From assembly GCF_018350175.1 (NCBI RefSeq), contig NC_058369.1, positions 5,644,001 through 5,708,000 on the forward strand: a stretch of DNA of 64,000 nucleotides. Direction: 5' to 3'. The notes under the pieces were generated by a model, which worked only from the letters and a program-made list of their open reading frames with translations, ran no database searches and was not told where the DNA came from. The translations under genes and the position numbers were made by a program. The DNA comes from Felis catus. Its lineage: Eukaryota. Numbering within the stretch: position 1 is the stretch's first letter; every line of letters begins with the position of its first letter. Below are positions 1 through 26,930 of the stretch, one piece after another.

Positions 1-374
1 GGGATCCGCGACCGGCCCCCCGGCCCCGACCGTGGGAAATGCTCTGGGACAAACAGCCTGAGTTGGGCAATTGATTCGTTGTAAGGGAAGGAAAGGAATG
101 GAGGGGGACACCGTGAATCAGAAGAGACTTAAAAGACAGATCGTTTCCTTTTTGAATGGGCAAGACTAAACTTCGATGTCTGCAGACTCCTCCTTGGGGG
201 ACAGACAATTCAGAAACACAAAGCAGCGATTATTGCAAAAGTCACAACAGTGGTTACTTTGTGGAGCTGAGGCGTCCCTGCACCTGGGCCCTGTGCAGGG
301 AGGGGCTTCTGGGGGTGCTGGCGACGTGCTACGTGTTGACCTGGGTGGGGGTTATCATGAGGGTCACCTTCGAG

Positions 375-587
375 CTGGGTTTCTAAACTCAGCACTTTGA
401 CATTCAGGCCGGATGATTCTTGGCTGTGTGTGTGTGTGTGGGGGGGTGCCTTTAACAACATCCTTGGCCTCCGCCCACTAGATGGCAAAAACAGCTCTTC
501 CCCACGCCATCAAGACAATTAAAAAATGTCTCCCAGATATTGTTGGGTGTCCCCGAAGAGAAAAACCAGCCCTGGTTGGGAATCTCC
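375..587. mobile_element. MER20-like hAT-Charlie DNA transposon relic
   Basis: GGTTTCT.AAC…GCACT.TTGACATT, CCTTGGCCTC..CCCACTAGATG.CA, AAAAATGTCTCC.AGA.ATTG, CCCTGGTTG.GAA.C motifs. Confidence 0.7.
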
Positions 588-684
588 TCTTCAGTAACTC
601 CGTAAACTATGTACTTGGTTTATGTGGTTTCTTGGATCTGGCTCTGTGTATTTTTTTTTTTTTTTAGCAAAAGTATTTTTACTT

Positions 685-1069
685 AAGTTTATTGATTTAT
701 TTGAGAGAGACAGAGATAGCACAAGAGGGTGAGGGGCGGGGAGAGAGAAGAGAGAGAGAAGGCCAAGCAGGCTCCACACTGCCAGCTGTGGAGCCCGACT
801 CGGGGCTTGAACTCCCAAACCGTGAGACCATGACCTGTGCCGAAACCAAGAGTCGGCCGCTTCACTGACGGAGCCCCCTGGGTGCCCCCGTTTGTATTTT
901 ATTTTACAATAAAAGTACTTGTAAATTTCCAGTTTGGGTTTCATGAGGAAACTGCACAGACATCTACAAAACGCAACGCAAACCAACAAAAGGCTAGAAA
1001 AAAAAAGACAAAGACAATGGAAACAGCCCAGGAGTTTTGTAAAGAGGAGTATCAGATATTGAACCATTT

Positions 1070-1156
<87 letters not shown>

Positions 1157-1195
1157 CTCTTTCTTAGAAAGAGCCCATGAGCAGGAAGAGGGGCA

Positions 1196-1245
<50 letters not shown>

Positions 1246-2031
1246 CTCAAGTAGGCTCCACACTCAGCACAGAACCCAACCCCAGGCTCGATCCCATGAC
1301 CCAGGGATCATGACCTGAGCTGGAATCAAGAGTTGGATGCTTAACCGACTGAGCCACCCAGGCACCCCAGATTTTGAACCATATTCTAAAGCTACAATAG
1401 TTAAAGCAGAGTGGCACTGGGACAAAAAAAGACAAATGCATCTAGAAATAGAAGAAGCTGCCTCTGGAGGGGTATCGTTGTATCAGATAAAGTCTGAGCT
1501 GCTCCAGGCGCACGCTTCAGACGTACCTTTCTGCCTGTGCCTCCAGCTCTCCTCCCACCAATAAGCTGACCTCAACAAAGTTCCCCATGTCTGGAGCTTT
1601 CTACTCCTTTGCATGTACAGTTTCTCCCATTGGAGCACAATTCGCTAAGTGTCATGGCTGCCGGCTGCCTCCCTGGACCATGAAGTTCAGGGATTTGTCC
1701 CTCCCTTTTCCTTCTGTCCCATCCTGTCACCCCTTTACCATACACCTTGTCTTGAAAGTCTATCTCTGCCTGTCAGCTTTGTGGCCCAGGATGGCAGGAA
1801 TCATGACCCCCTCAGGGACCTACACAGTGCCTGGTATATATTAGGTGCTCAATAAATGCTAAATTAATTGGGAAATGCGTTAAAGAATCAAATGTAATTT
1901 AAAATCATTCAACAGGGGCATCCAGTTGGCTCACTTGGTAGAGCATGCAACTCTTGATTTCAGGGTGAGTTCAAGCCCCACATTGGGCATGGAGCCTCCT
2001 TTAAAATATTTTATTTTATTTTTTTTTATTT

Positions 2032-2080
<49 letters not shown>

Positions 2081-2510
2081 AAGTGAGCAAGGGACAGAGA
2101 GAATCCCATGAGGGGCAGAGAGGGAGAGAGAGAGAGAGAAAGAGAGAAAGCAGGGCTCCCCAAAGCGGAGCTTGAACTCACGAAGCATGAGATCGTGGTC
2201 TGAGCCAAAGTCCGATGTTTAACCAATTGAGTCACCCAGGTGCCCCTACTTAAAAAACAAAAACAAAAACAAAAACAAAACACAAAAAACCAAAACTTTA
2301 GAGGCACCTCTGTAGCTCAGTCAGTGAAGTGTCGGATTTCGGCTCAGGTCATGATTCTGCAGCTTGCAGGGTCGAGCCCCTGTCAGCTGTGCTGACAGCT
2401 CAGAGCCTGGAGCCTGCTTCAGATCCTGTCTCCCTCTCTCTGCCTCTTCCCTGCTTGCGCGCTCTCTCTTTCTTAAAAATAAATAAACGTTAAAAAAATT
2501 AAAAAAAATC
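685..2510. mobile_element. Cluster of five Can-SINEs (SINEC_Fc-like): ~685-885(-), 1160-1366(-), 1914-2005(+), 2020-2246(-), 2301-2510(+)
   Basis: tRNA-derived head GGGGCGCCTGGGTGGCTCAGTCGGTT, (CT)n tract and A-rich tail. Confidence 0.85.
1067..1155. repeat. (TTTC)n microsatellite derived from a SINE tail
   Basis: About 22 near-perfect TTTC units. Confidence 0.95.
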
Positions 2511-3039
2511 TTTCAGTAAACATTTATTAAGCATCTACTATATTCCAGGAACACTGGATGAAGCAGTAACCAAAATCAATCAGTCCCCTGTTTTATGATG
2601 CTGCCACTTTAGTGGGGGAGACAGATGACAAATAAGTAAACAAATAAATTCTTCTTGTTTCAGATAGTGAAAGTAGTTACCAAGTTTAATAAAAGAGAGC
2701 AATGGGAAAGACAGAGACTGGAGAGGGACCCCATTAGGGCTTTAGGGCGTGGGAACACACGGGTCGAGCCTCCAACATAGGAGAAGGTGCCTATGTGAAC
2801 GTGTTTAGGGAAGAACAGTGCAGCCAGATGGAACAGCTTGTGCAAAGACCCTGTGGTAGGAAAGATCCAGGGTCTTGGTACCTCTCCAAGACACTGGGAC
2901 ATGAGCATCAGTCCTTCTAGCTTCCGCCCAAAGGATCTTCCAAACACACAAATCCCATTGGGTTAGTCTCCCGTTGTCTTCCCATGGCTCCCTAGTGCCC
3001 TGTGGATCAAATCCAAACTCCTTAGCCCTGCCCTGGGCG

Positions 3040-4240
3040 GGACTTGGTTGTCCCCTCCGCCCCGCCCCCTACCTACTCCTCCCCGCCTCCCGGGCCCAGG
3101 GACAGTCACTTAGGCCCCGCCCCCAACCCCGCCCCCCACTCGGCCGGACCAGCACCGCCCACCCCGTCTCACCATTGGACAGCTCGGAGAGCCTCGGGCG
3201 CTGGTTGGCTAGAGCGGTCATCAGTTAGGGACCAGGCCTTCATAACCCGTCCCCGAGCTCCGAGGGGGCGGGTTCGGGTGCGGGCGCGGCGGGGGCTGCT
3301 GCTTCAGGTAAAGCACCAAATTTTCGGGGCCACCGGCGGGGGTTCTGGGGGGCACTAGGGGACGTACCGGGAAGGGGTACTGAGCTTCCTGCTCCTCTGC
3401 GGGCTCAGCGCCCCGCGATGGGGCGGGCTGAGTGTCCTCTGGCTGGGACCCCACCCGACACCCGGAGCCCCAGGTGGGCAGCGAGCAGAGCTGGGGGCTC
3501 TGGCTTCGTGAGATCGCCCTCCTCCCGCCCTTCAGGAGCCCAGTGGGGGGCTTGTTCGCCACCTAGCGCCCCAACAGACTCCGGGACTTTCCCAGCGTCG
3601 CTCCTGGAGAGCTTGGGGACACGGGTTCAGCCCCTCACGGTGGACCTGGGTGTGTGGGGGGGCGGGGGGTGATACGGAAACGGTGTTGGGGGGAGGAACG
3701 GACGGCCCCCGGGCCGGCAGACAATGGGTAGCGGATGGAACCGCCCGGCGGGGTTTCCTGTAGGAAACCGCTCTGTCTCTACGAGGCCGTCGTGGGGTGT
3801 GTATATGTGTGTGTGTTGGGGGGGGGGGCGCGATGTACCCGAGTATCTCCCCCTCCCACCATCATCAGCCTCCAACCCCTCCTCGGGGCTCTGAGCGTCC
3901 CGCCCCAACATTAGGGGGTGCCACCATTCGCGGCCTCAAGCGGGGGAGACGTCCTCTCCCCAGGACCGGGATCCACACTGCCCGCCGAGTCCCCACGCTC
4001 AGGTTGCCTGATCACAACCCGGAGTCCCGAAATAGTCCTTGGGGCGGGAGTGGGGGCGTGTGGCGTCGGCTCTGACGGCCTAATGAGGGGGTCTCAGGCA
4101 GAGGATCCGATCTAGCTGACAACTCGGGCAGGGAGCGGAGAAGAGGGCAGGGCCGCCGCGCCCCCACTCTGCTCAGACTGCGGCTCCTGGGGGCGTCCAA
4201 GTGTGGGCCTGCTTCCCCAGCAGGGAAACGCGCAGGTATA
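3040..4240. promoter_or_regulatory. CpG island / KANK3 promoter
   Basis: CpG-dense; multiple CCCCGCCCC GC boxes 3056-3137; inverted CCAAT (ATTGG) near 3174. Confidence 0.75.
3265..3307 (+). other. KANK3: KANK3 probable non-coding first exon (5' end approximate)
   Basis: Strong donor CAG|GTAAAG at 3307/3308 inside a CpG island, downstream of GC boxes; next exon acceptor TTTCAG|G at 7026/7027 precedes the ATG. Confidence 0.6.
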
Positions 4241-4534
4241 GGCAGGGATGCAGGGTGGGAGGGATGACCCCCCTCGGGCTCTCTGCGCCTGCCCTGGAGG
4301 GCAGGGCTGTCTCTAGAAGGCCATCAAGTGGGTGGCCAATGCAGAAACACTGGCAAAATTGCCTGGGTTAAAACCCTGCCTCGTGTGTGCCCTTGGATGG
4401 GTCACTTCATATCCCTGCGTCTCAGCGTCTCCACACGGACAATAAGGGAAAGGGTAGTGATAAGAAAACCTACCTCAGAGGGTTTAGCTAGGACTTTTTT
4501 TTTTTAAGTTAATACCCATGAATTGCATATATAA

Positions 4535-4747
4535 TTTTTTTTTCAGCGTTTATTTATTTTTGGGACAGAGAGAGACAGAGCATGAACGAGGGAGGGGCAG
4601 AGAGAGAGGGAGACACAGAATCGGAAACAGGCTCCAGGCTCTGAGCTGTCAGCACAGAGCCCGACGCAGGGCTTGAACTCACGGACCGTGAGATCATGAC
4701 CTGAGCTGAAGTCGGACGCTTAACCGACTGCGCTACCCAGGCGCCCC
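4535..4747 (-). mobile_element. Can-SINE (SINEC_Fc) in KANK3 intron 1
   Basis: Full-length consensus-like; TSD CATGAATTGCATA(TA)TAAT on both sides. Confidence 0.92.
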
Positions 4748-4789
4748 CATGAATTGCATATAATAGAGCTGGCCCAGCATGAATGGCAA

Positions 4790-4792
<3 letters not shown>

Positions 4793-4841
<49 letters not shown>
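4793..4841. repeat. (TTA)n microsatellite
   Basis: About 16 perfect units. Confidence 0.95.
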
Positions 4842-4843
<2 letters not shown>

Positions 4844-5779
4844 CCGTTTCTGGAGCACTGCTTTCTCAGCCCAGCTTCTGGGCCTGGCGACTCCAGCTGA
4901 TTTGCGTCTTAGGGATGGCCTACAGCTGTTTTTTGAGTTCTCAGGGCCTCCTAGTTGGGTGTGAGCAGGTCACTGGAGGAGGAGGCTGACCCCACTGAGT
5001 CACACTGCCAGCGGTGCAAGGCAGGCCCAGACCCCTGAGCTCTGGCCTAGGTTTTTTTCCACCACACAACTCTTCCCTGACGGTTTCCTGAAAACAAGTT
5101 GTGAGAGGCACTGGCTGTCCTCTGTGATCACCGGCTGCCCCCGCTGGCCCGCCCCTCTCAACCAGTGTGAGGGGACAGGAAGCAGCTGCTTTGGGACCAG
5201 AAGGGCCCCCCCCCCCGCCTTAGGGTGGGGCGAGGGAGGTTTCAGGGACCCAGGCTGGACAGAGGTAGGGAGTGGCAGGGTCCCCTCGGCAGTGGAGCAG
5301 GGGCTACTCCATGGCTGATGGGCGTCAGGAATGCAAGAGGCTGGAAGGGGTGATAGGAAAGGCTCCCAGGGGGTTGGCACATTGGGCACTGTGTCAGGGA
5401 GAGGACAGATGCCAGGCAGGCATCTGGTGGTGGAGGCTGGACCGGCAAGGGGTCCCCAGGAGATGGGCGGAGCACAGTCTAGGGGCATTTCCCATAGGCG
5501 GTTGATCTAGTTGCTCTGTGCCTTAGTTTCCCCATCTGGAAAATGTGAATGATGACACCTACCTTGCAGGACTGCATGAGGGTTACATTTAATCAGGCAA
5601 GGTATATGGTACAGACTCAGCCCAAGCTGCTTTCCCTCCCTCGAAGTTTTTTCATGTGGGCTCTTCATAAGCCCCTCCTTTCCAACCTTGTGCTTTCTGG
5701 TTGTCCTTGTTAATTATCACATTAGGTGTGCCCCAATCTCCCTCAGGTTCTTTAAAAAAATTTTTTATGTTTATTTTAA

Positions 5780-6215
5780 TTTTTTTTAATTTTTTTTAAT
5801 GTGTATTTATTTTTGGGACAGAGAGAGACAGAGCATGAACGGGGGAGGGGCAGAGAGAGAGGGAGACACAGAATCAGAAGCAGGTTCCAGGCTCTGAGCC
5901 ATCAGCCCAGAGCCTGACGCGGGGCTCGAACCTACGGACCGTGAGATCGTGACCTGAGCTGAAGTCGGACGCTTAACCGACTGAGCCACCCAGGCTCCCC
6001 TATGTTTATTTATTTTTGAGAGAGAGAGAGAGAAAGACAGTCTGAGTGCAAGCAGGTAAGGGGCAGAGAGAGAGGGGAGACACAGAATCCAAAGCAGGCT
6101 CCAGGCTCTGAGCCATCAGCACAGAGCCCAACGCGGGGCTCGAATTCACGAACACGAGAGATCATGACCTGAGCCAAAGTCGGATGCTTAACCGGCTGAG
6201 CCACCCAGGCGCCCC
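5780..6215 (-). mobile_element. Two tandem Can-SINEs in KANK3 intron 1
   Basis: Two complete head/CT/tail units at ~5780-6000 and 6001-6215. Confidence 0.9.
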
Positions 6216-7054
6216 TCCCTCGTTTTTTAAAGCCTCCATCATGTTATCTGAAGAGTGCCCCCAGCCCCATGTCTAGCCACAGCTCTGACAACCTGGGTGC
6301 TTGTGGTTCCATTACAAGCTCCCCCAAGCCAAGGGCAGAATCCTGTGACACTCCTAGAGACATCCTAGGGAGATAGATATCCATTGATTTGCGTCCTTGG
6401 TGCAGCTAGACCTCAGCTCTCCATCATTCCTACAAGAGTCTCACAAGCAACTTGGTAAACACTCAGATGCGCAATTATATCTTGTTTGCATTTCTCTAAG
6501 GAAAAAAGAATTCAAACAGCCCTGTTGTGTGTTTTTTTTTTTTCCATACGCAGAATCTGACCAGATGAATTTTTAATGAGCCCATGAAGGGCTTCCAACT
6601 CTCGCCTTCCCCTTCTGAAGGTTCACAGCACATCCTTTTGAGCATCATTTCCAATTTTGCCTGGGGGACTGACGAAACTCAGCAGGTCGGAATGACTGAC
6701 CCTCCCCTGCCCCCATTCCCAGCTTCTCTTGTTTTCTCATCACTCTCCTCTCTTCTCCTTTTGATGCCCTGCTTGCTTCTTCCTGTCCAGCCAGCTGAGG
6801 ACTGCATCTGGGGATCCCCGCATTCATTCATCCCAAAGTTTCAAGGCTTCTTGAGGGAGCAGAGAGGACAGGACATATGTGTTGCGGAGGGTGGCGGGGG
6901 GGGCGGGGGGGGAGGGAGGAGCTCTTGGGTCTATTTACTCTAACTTAGCATCGAGGCTGACTCCAGAAGTACAGCCGGAGGGACGGGGCTGGCCCCATCC
7001 TCACCCCTTCTGGGGACATTTTTCAGGGTGTGTCTGACAGCTACTCCAGAAAAC

Positions 7055-15492
<8,438 letters not shown>

Positions 15493-15718
15493 ACGGCCTG
15501 GCACCCTGGACCTGGACTGGGTGCAGGGGGGGGATCTTTCCTTTCTTCACCCCAGCCCGTGGGGGCACAGCAGGGGCCAGGGTTTGCTATCCAGATGCTA
15601 GCCCTGGGCCAAAAGAAAGGCTTGGATGGTCAGTGTTCCGGAGGGGCTCACCTTGGACCAGCAGGATGAGACGGGCTGAATGAAAAGTGACAAGGCCCCC
15701 GAGTCCACCCACTCACAG

Positions 15719-15724
15719 AATAAA
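15719..15724 (+). terminator. KANK3: KANK3 polyadenylation signal AATAAA
   Basis: AATAAA 227 nt after the stop, followed by GT/T-rich TTGTGTCTTGTTTT. Confidence 0.8.
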
Positions 15725-15864
15725 ACATTACTAACTCAGCTTGTGTCTTGTTTTGGGGACACAGGCACCTAGCTCCCACACCCCAAGTCTTCAGAGAACA
15801 AAGGCAGGGAGAGGCCCCCACTGGAGAGTTTTAGAAGTCCAGTGACAGCCCAAACGAGAACCCA

Positions 15865-15947
15865 AATTTACGTACAACATAAACGCTTTATTAACAATCG
15901 CAGATCCATCCCCGTGAGACAAGTGGTCGACCCAGACAGCCTGGACC
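15865..15947 (-). other. RPS28: RPS28 non-coding last exon (3' UTR) with AATAAA at 15892-15887
   Basis: Acceptor CTCTTTACAG|G at 15948/15947; AATAAA on minus strand; 3' end approximate. Confidence 0.8.
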
Positions 15948-16161
15948 CTGTAAAGAGACCCAAACATTAGATACTGATGGGGTACCCAGCAACTGATAAA
16001 ATCCCTGCCCCCAACCCCGGCCTTGCAAATCTCAGTCGATCATTGTACACCCCCCACCCTGAGACCCTCACCCGTGGATTTGGTGAAGCCTTCCTGCTAC
16101 CAACAAGGGTCTAACGGGTTTGCTGCTTCCCATCCCAGTGCTGCACTCACCAGCCACAAGT

Positions 16162-16949
<788 letters not shown>

Positions 16950-17114
16950 GATGGCGGCGCGGCGGCGGTCGGGCGGAGAGGGGTCACGTGCTCCGAGAAG
17001 AGCCTTTATACTACATAGTAGCCCCGCCCACTCCAGCCCTCGCGAGACCTGGAGGGTTTTCCCAGCAGCCCCCACGGTAGAGACGTCACCGGCGCCCTTC
17101 AGCGCAGACGGAGG
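16950..17114. promoter_or_regulatory. Bidirectional CpG-island promoter shared by RPS28 and NDUFA7
   Basis: Start codons only 165 nt apart; minus-strand TATAAA 17010-17005 upstream of a pyrimidine (TOP-like) start CCCTCTCC near 16983; CACGTG 16985-16990; GC box; CCTCGCGAGA 17038-17047; GACGTCA 17082-17088. Confidence 0.88.
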
Positions 17115-24046
<6,932 letters not shown>

Positions 24047-25908
24047 CTGCACCCTGGGGCACCCGGCTCGGCCCTCAGGGCCACCTGAGGGCTTCCCCTC
24101 CTTGTATTCCCTCTGGGGAGACCGGACCTAATTTATGACAAATACACCCTGCTCTCCGGTGTCACTTCTGTTTTTACTTTCGAAGCTACACACGGCTTCT
24201 GTGGATTTCCCAGTGAAGCTGGTGCTGAATCTCTGAACTCTGTCAGCACTCCAGGAGCAGGGGCGGGATGGTGGTTCTTGAGCTTCGGGGTAACACGCCG
24301 TCGCCGGGCACAGGTCAGATGACACGGGGTCCAGGGGCAGGGCATCTAGAGTTGTCACCATCCCTTCCCTGAAGGCCTGGCTAACATAGCAGTGGGGTGG
24401 GTTCCAGGGCCTCTGGGTGTTTGGGAGGCACCGACTGAGGGACAGCGAGACCGAGCACAAACTCGCCATTAAGTGCGTCAAGAGCTCCCGCAGCAGTTGC
24501 TTCTGGGGCCACGGGCCAGTACCCTCCCACCGCACGCCCCCTTCTGACCTTGACCGCCTTGCAGCTCCTGGGGTGGCAGAGAACAGCCGGGCAACTCACA
24601 GGAAGGCTTGACTGGGGGCAGGCGAGGAGAGGCCTCCCCAAGCCAGAAACCCTGTCTGCACAGGCCCTGGGGAGGGAGGTGGAGTCAGCCTAGGGGAAGA
24701 AGGGGGGGGGTTGGTTCTAAGAGGAATGAGCAGTTGTGTGGAAGCCAGAAAAGAAGTAGCCCAAGTCCGGCTGCCCTGTGGAAGAACCCCACAACCCTTC
24801 CGTAGGGTAAGATCGGGTTGTTGAGAATGCCGTGTTCTCTGGAAGCATAGAGCAAGGCAGGGAAGGGGAACCGTCCCAGGCAGGAGGTATGTAGGGAGCC
24901 CCAGCGTGGACGATGCAAATGATAAATGCTCGAGGGGAGAAAACTGTGGCTGAAGCCAGGGAAGGCTTTCTAGAGGAGGTGGGATTCTAATTGGAGCAAA
25001 GGGGGAGTCCGATTCAGGAAGAAGATCAGGAAGGAGAGGAAGGCTGGGCAGTGTGTCCCAAGGCCACTGGGTAGGCAGCCCTGAGGGCTTCCACAGAGGC
25101 AGGCTTTTAGGACACAGACTTGAAGTTTGGCAAGGGAGTGGGGGTGGGAAAGAAGCCTGACACCTCACCTTCCTGCCTGCTAGGTGCTGTCGTAAATGCT
25201 ATCTGATCTCAGCTCCTTCCTGGAGCTCTCCTGTGAGGTCATCGCTGTTGCCATACTCCCTGGACAGAAAAATAGCAACGGAAGGACCAGGAACTCGCTC
25301 AGGCTCACTGAACTCTGGCTTGAACCTGACAGGAGTCTGTGCTCAGCTGCTACAAATGGATGGCTTCTTCAGCTGTTATCCCTGCACCCCGGAGCCCTCT
25401 GGCCAGGAAGCCGAGCCTCTACTCTGGGGAATCTGGGAGGTTTTAAAACAACGACAACAAAAAACCCCAACATATGTTACACCCTCCAAAAGCAGCTAAA
25501 ACCTTCAACATTTTCTCATACTGAATCATGCCAACAACCCGCAGAGCCCCTTGTAGGAAAATCTGGATGCTTTAGTGTTGCTTCATGGGAAACGGGGGGG
25601 AGGGGGGAGGGGTAAATGCTTGCACCCCTGTCAACGCTGAGGTTCTGCTGGCAGTCCAACATGTTGCTTCTCCTGAAGGCAGAGCTGTAGATAAAATATT
25701 TATTTTCAAGACAACACAGCAGCTGATTGGATAGGAAGCCGGCAGACGGTTTGTATTTTCTGTGCCTTCTGGGTGAGCATGACCAGAGATAGCCCCAGGG
25801 CTGCCTTTGCGGATCTTGTTCCGGAAGAACCCCCCCCCCCCCCCCCCCCCGCCACCTCTGGAGGAGGTGGGCTATGAAGACCGAATGAAGCGTGGTGGCC
25901 GTGAGTGA

Positions 25909-26100
25909 GCGTCTGGCCTAAGTGATCTTGGTGGCCATCTCTGTGGTTCCCAGAGTCAGCTCAGCGGGAGTGACCTCCCAGTAGGCACAGGTGACCTGGT
26001 TTTCAATTGTGAGCTCAGGTTCATACACTTACCCTATCCCTTCCTGAGTTCTCACCCTATCTGGTCCCCCGCCTCACCGCGGAGTCCGTGCCTTTACAGG
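25909..26100 (+). repeat. Diverged direct repeat, copy 1 (upstream of CD320)
   Basis: Aligns colinearly with 27326-27519. Confidence 0.9.
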
Positions 26101-26499
26101 GACATCCAGGTGCGAGGACAGGACCCATGATAGAAGCCGGGCACTGGAAGCGTTTTTTTTTTTCATTTATTCACGAGATATTTAAGAGCCTACTATTGTG
26201 GCAGACCCTTCTAGGCACTAAGGATACAGCGAGCAACCCAGCATTCCAGTCCTACCGCTGACTTAGTAGTTGCCAGACCCTAAACTAGAGTATAGAAAGG
26301 CAGGAGGGAGAGGCTGCCATATTAAGTATGATAATTGCACAGTCACATTTGCTGTAGGATGCATGAGAAACATTTAATGTTGAGTAGACCCGACAAGTTC
26401 CTTTACATCCCCATTAGCTTTTAACTTCGAATGGACCCAACACCTTTCGACATACCTTGTCACTGAGAAAAGTGTGTTAGAGCCTCAAATCGTGGGTGT

Positions 26500-26930
26500 C
26501 CCCATATTCGGACATTTACGGTGATCTTAGCCGCGGGCGCCGCGAGGACCTGGGGGCGTGGGCCCCGCCCCCGTCCGCTGCGCGCGTGCGCTGGGATAAA
26601 AGCGAGGCCGGCCCGCGCGCGGCTAGTGCCAGGGCAGGGGCGGTGCGGCGAGCGGCTGCATGGCGCGGGGCGGAGCCCGGCGGACAGCGGCCCTGGGCCT
26701 GGTGCTGCGGCTGCTGCTCGGCTTCGGACTGGGCCTGGAGGCCGCCCCGACCCCAGTCCCGATCCCGTTCTTGGCCCACAGCCCAGGTGAGAGCTCTGCG
26801 CCGCCCGCGCGCGTGCCCCTCGGCGGTCCGACCCCACCCCGCGCGCCGGCGGCTCCTCGCCATTGGCTGTTTCGCTGGTCTGTCCCGGACACTCCCCCGG
26901 CACGTGGCTCGGGACTCCAGTGTGCCGTGA
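26500..26930. promoter_or_regulatory. CpG island / CD320 promoter
   Basis: CpG-dense, GC boxes 26553-26572, TATA-like GATAAAA 26595-26601 about 60 nt upstream of the ATG. Confidence 0.75.
26660..26786 (+). CDS. CD320: CD320 exon 1 (signal peptide)
   Basis: ATG 26660; CAG|GTGAGA donor. Confidence 0.9.

Noticed and set aside
4554..4989. Poly-Asn/Ile/Leu ORFs (signal-peptide-like MAKVLLLL…)
   Set aside because: Translation of the (TTA)n microsatellite and adjacent SINE
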